From NCBI GenBank assembly GCA_965116415.1, contig OZ220693.1:2220753-2284752 (forward strand): a stretch of 64,000 nt of DNA, read 5' to 3'. The notes under the pieces were generated by a model. It had not been told where the DNA came from, searched no databases, and saw only the letters and a list, made by a program, of their open reading frames with translations. Shown in pieces: positions 62,205 through 64,000 of this stretch. A program made the position numbers and the translations under genes. The stretch is from Dehalococcoidia bacterium. Lineage in GTDB: Bacteria; Chloroflexota; Dehalococcoidia; Lucifugimonadales; UBA1123. How positions within the stretch are numbered: position 1 is the stretch's first letter; every line of letters begins with the position of its first letter.

Positions 62205-64000
62205 CTATCTGTCCAGCCAGACTGCGCTGAGCTGTCTGAGGGCGTGAATCCACACATAGCCGTTGACGTCGCTTCTGTAAGCGGTCGTCTGCAGCGGATG
62301 GTGTGTGAAGACGCCGTGGAAGGTCTCGTCCACCTGGTCGCTCAGGTTGAGAATGTGCAGCAGCCGGTCTTCAAGGTTGACCGAAGCCTTCTGCTTCAGG
62401 TTGAGTCGAGTGACCTCAGGATCGTCGTAACCAAACAGGTTGAACTTCGAGCCCGCAGCGAACCAGTCGTCAATGGCGTCGTCCGGATCTGGGTCGCCGC
62501 CGCTGCCGGACATGTAGGCCTGGAACTCGCCCGCTGAGATTCGCGGCTGGGCCACGGATGCCTCCTGAATGTCAGGAACCAGCGTTACGTTGATCTCTTC
62601 CTTCAGCAGGGCGCCGAGCACTTCAAGAGGCACTTTGTTCCCGCTACCGATGAGGAGGACCTGTATCTCAAACCCATCCTCGTATCCGGCAGCTTTCATC
62701 AGTTCTCTTGCGCTGTCGGGATTGTAGGTCCTGCGGCTGGTACCGCTGAGGTCCCTGAAGTAGTACTTCTGTCCCGGAGGTATCGGGCCATACGACGGAA
62801 TGGCGCGACCCTGGAAGGCACGCTCAATGTACTTGTCACGATCCAGTGCACGACCTATGGCATACACGACGTTTATGTCGTCCCAGGGAGTGGACTGGAA
62901 TTCATCACCGAGCTTCTCGGCGCGGTCACCCCTGACGTTGAGGGCCAGCATCTGGAAACCGACGTCCGGAGTGGTGTCGATGACGACGTCCGGGGACTCA
63001 TCAAGCTGGTCATAGAACTGGGTGGGGAAACCGTAGATCATGTCAACGTCCCCGGTTATCAACGACGCGATTAGCGTGTTGTCCTCAGGGATATTGAACA
63101 TCGTTACATTATCGACACACGGCACGGCGGGGTCGTAGTAAGTCATGCGTGCGGCTTCAAGCTCGAGCTTCTCACCGAAGGAGTGCTCAGTAATCTTGAA
63201 TGGCCCGACGCCTACCGGCATGCGGTTGAATCCGCCCTCGCCAACATTGGCTATGGTCTCTTGATCAACGATGGTCATGACGCGGCCGCTGGCGCGCTCA
63301 ACCACCTTTGTCAGGAATGAAGCTCTCTGGAATTCGGTCGTGATGCTGACGGTGTGATCGTCAATCTTCTCAGGACGTCTCACGCCCTCCAGTCCCTTAA
63401 CGTGAATGGACTGGGTGTCCGGGTCGAGCTGGTGGTCGTATGTGTAAACGACATCGTCAGCGGTGAACTGCCTGCCAGTGTGGAACATGGCATCTTCACG
63501 CAACTTGAAGGTGTACGTGAGCAGGTCGTCTGACACTTCCCAGCTTTCGGCGAGATCCGGGGATGGTCTCAACTCAGGGTCCAACTGCACCAGTCCGGAG
63601 AGGACCTCAGCCGTAATCGAGAACTGGATGACTTGGTTGATGGTCGCCGGGTTCAGGTTGGTGAACTCGGACACACGGTTACCGAGTTTGAGGTGTCCAC
63701 CCGTACTCTCGCAGGATGCCGCGAGTTCGCTCCAGAAGGTGAGGCCTGACTCTTCCATCATTGAATCGCCTGAGTCCATCGCTGGAGCCGGAGCGGCGGG
63801 CACGGCCTTGGCGACTGCAGACTCGACGGCAGCGGCAATGTCCTCCTGGGTTACACCAGGTTGCTGGGCCATCATCGCCTTGGAGATGGCTTCTGCAACT
63901 TCTTCCTGGGTAACTCCCTGCTGACCTGCCATCGCCTGTGCGATCGTGTCCGCAACCTCTGCCTGCGTTACGCCAGGCTGGGCCGCAAGGGCCTTGGCGA
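62205..64000 (-). CDS. ABC transporter substrate-binding protein, family 5. The N-terminus lies beyond the window; the N-terminal region carries a 21-aa tandem peptide repeat
   Basis: The SBP_bac_5-like body includes FHTGRQFTADDVVYTY and NPDSARELMKAAGY. The frame stays open upstream of the track Met (63932) to the window edge: AKALAAQPGVTQAEVADTIAQAMAGQQGVTQEEVAEAISKAMMAQQPGVTQEDIAAAVESAV. Confidence 0.85.
   Translation of the reverse strand, partial: AKALAAQPGVTQAEVADTIAQAMAGQQGVTQEEVAEAISKAMMAQQPGVTQEDIAAAVESAVAKAVPAAPAPAMDSGDSMMEESGLTFWSELAASCESTGGHLKLGNRVSEFTNLNPATINQVIQFSITAEVLSGLVQLDPELRPSPDLAESWEVSDDLLTYTFKLREDAMFHTGRQFTADDVVYTYDHQLDPDTQSIHVKGLEGVRRPEKIDDHTVSITTEFQRASFLTKVVERASGRVMTIVDQETIANVGEGGFNRMPVGVGPFKITEHSFGEKLELEAARMTYYDPAVPCVDNVTMFNIPEDNTLIASLITGDVDMIYGFPTQFYDQLDESPDVVIDTTPDVGFQMLALNVRGDRAEKLGDEFQSTPWDDINVVYAIGRALDRDKYIERAFQGRAIPSYGPIPPGQKYYFRDLSGTSRRTYNPDSARELMKAAGYEDGFEIQVLLIGSGNKVPLEVLGALLKEEINVTLVPDIQEASVAQPRISAGEFQAYMSGSGGDPDPDDAIDDWFAAGSKFNLFGYDDPEVTRLNLKQKASVNLEDRLLHILNLSDQVDETFHGVFTHHPLQTTAYRSDVNGYVWIHALRQLSAVWLDR

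Overview
All calls come from reading the sequence and the supplied ORF track by eye. No searches were run and coordinates were counted by hand.

**Overview.** This is a high-G+C bacterial chromosomal segment with about 65 genes. The gene content resembles marine SAR202-type Chloroflexota, but that placement is inference only.

**Backbone genes.**
- Four family-5 (Dpp/Opp-type) ABC importer operons, each ordered SBP-permease-permease. None has an ATPase gene.
- A set of catabolic paralogues:
  - 2 luciferase-like monooxygenases
  - 2 family-III CoA-transferases
  - one each of crotonase, amidohydrolase-2, phosphotriesterase-family enzyme, enolase-superfamily enzyme and class-IV aminotransferase
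- Secreted or anchored beta-propeller proteins: a CRTAC1/ASPIC-type protein, two zinc-ribbon-TM-PQQ-type paralogues and a BNR/Ycf48-like protein.
- A tandemly duplicated serpin cassette.
- rplU-rpmA-rpmE-DUF1385 and hisH-hisA-hisF-hisIE clusters.
- A PduO-type corrinoid adenosyltransferase, a CbpA-like J-protein and a GT39 glycosyltransferase.

**Accessory islets.** Three visibly A+T-richer islets and several toxin-antitoxin pairs interrupt the backbone. No integrase or transposase gene is present.
- ~26.6-29.3 kb: VapBC, a KAP P-loop NTPase and a DUF433 protein.
- ~37.4-39.3 kb: a minimal nucleotidyltransferase coupled to an unknown 295-aa protein.
- ~46.1-51.4 kb: Phd/VapC, a Uma2 nuclease, a DUF5677-like protein, a DEDD exonuclease-BRCT protein and a ParE/RelE-like pair.

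**Most notable findings.**
1. A TlpA/redoxin lipoprotein gene is split by an in-frame TGA that falls exactly on the first Cys of the CxxC motif. A SECIS-like stem-loop follows immediately, so this is a probable selenoprotein.
2. An RNase III homologue has an intact dsRBD, but five of its six catalytic acidic residues are replaced.
3. The coupled nucleotidyltransferase/unknown gene pair is a candidate conflict system.
4. Three interspersed hairpin repeat families fill most intergenic spacers. One stable hairpin sits between the SBP gene and the first permease gene in all four ABC operons.
5. A 76-nt tandem repeat lies upstream of an NCS2-like permease.

No rRNA gene, tRNA gene or CRISPR array was seen.
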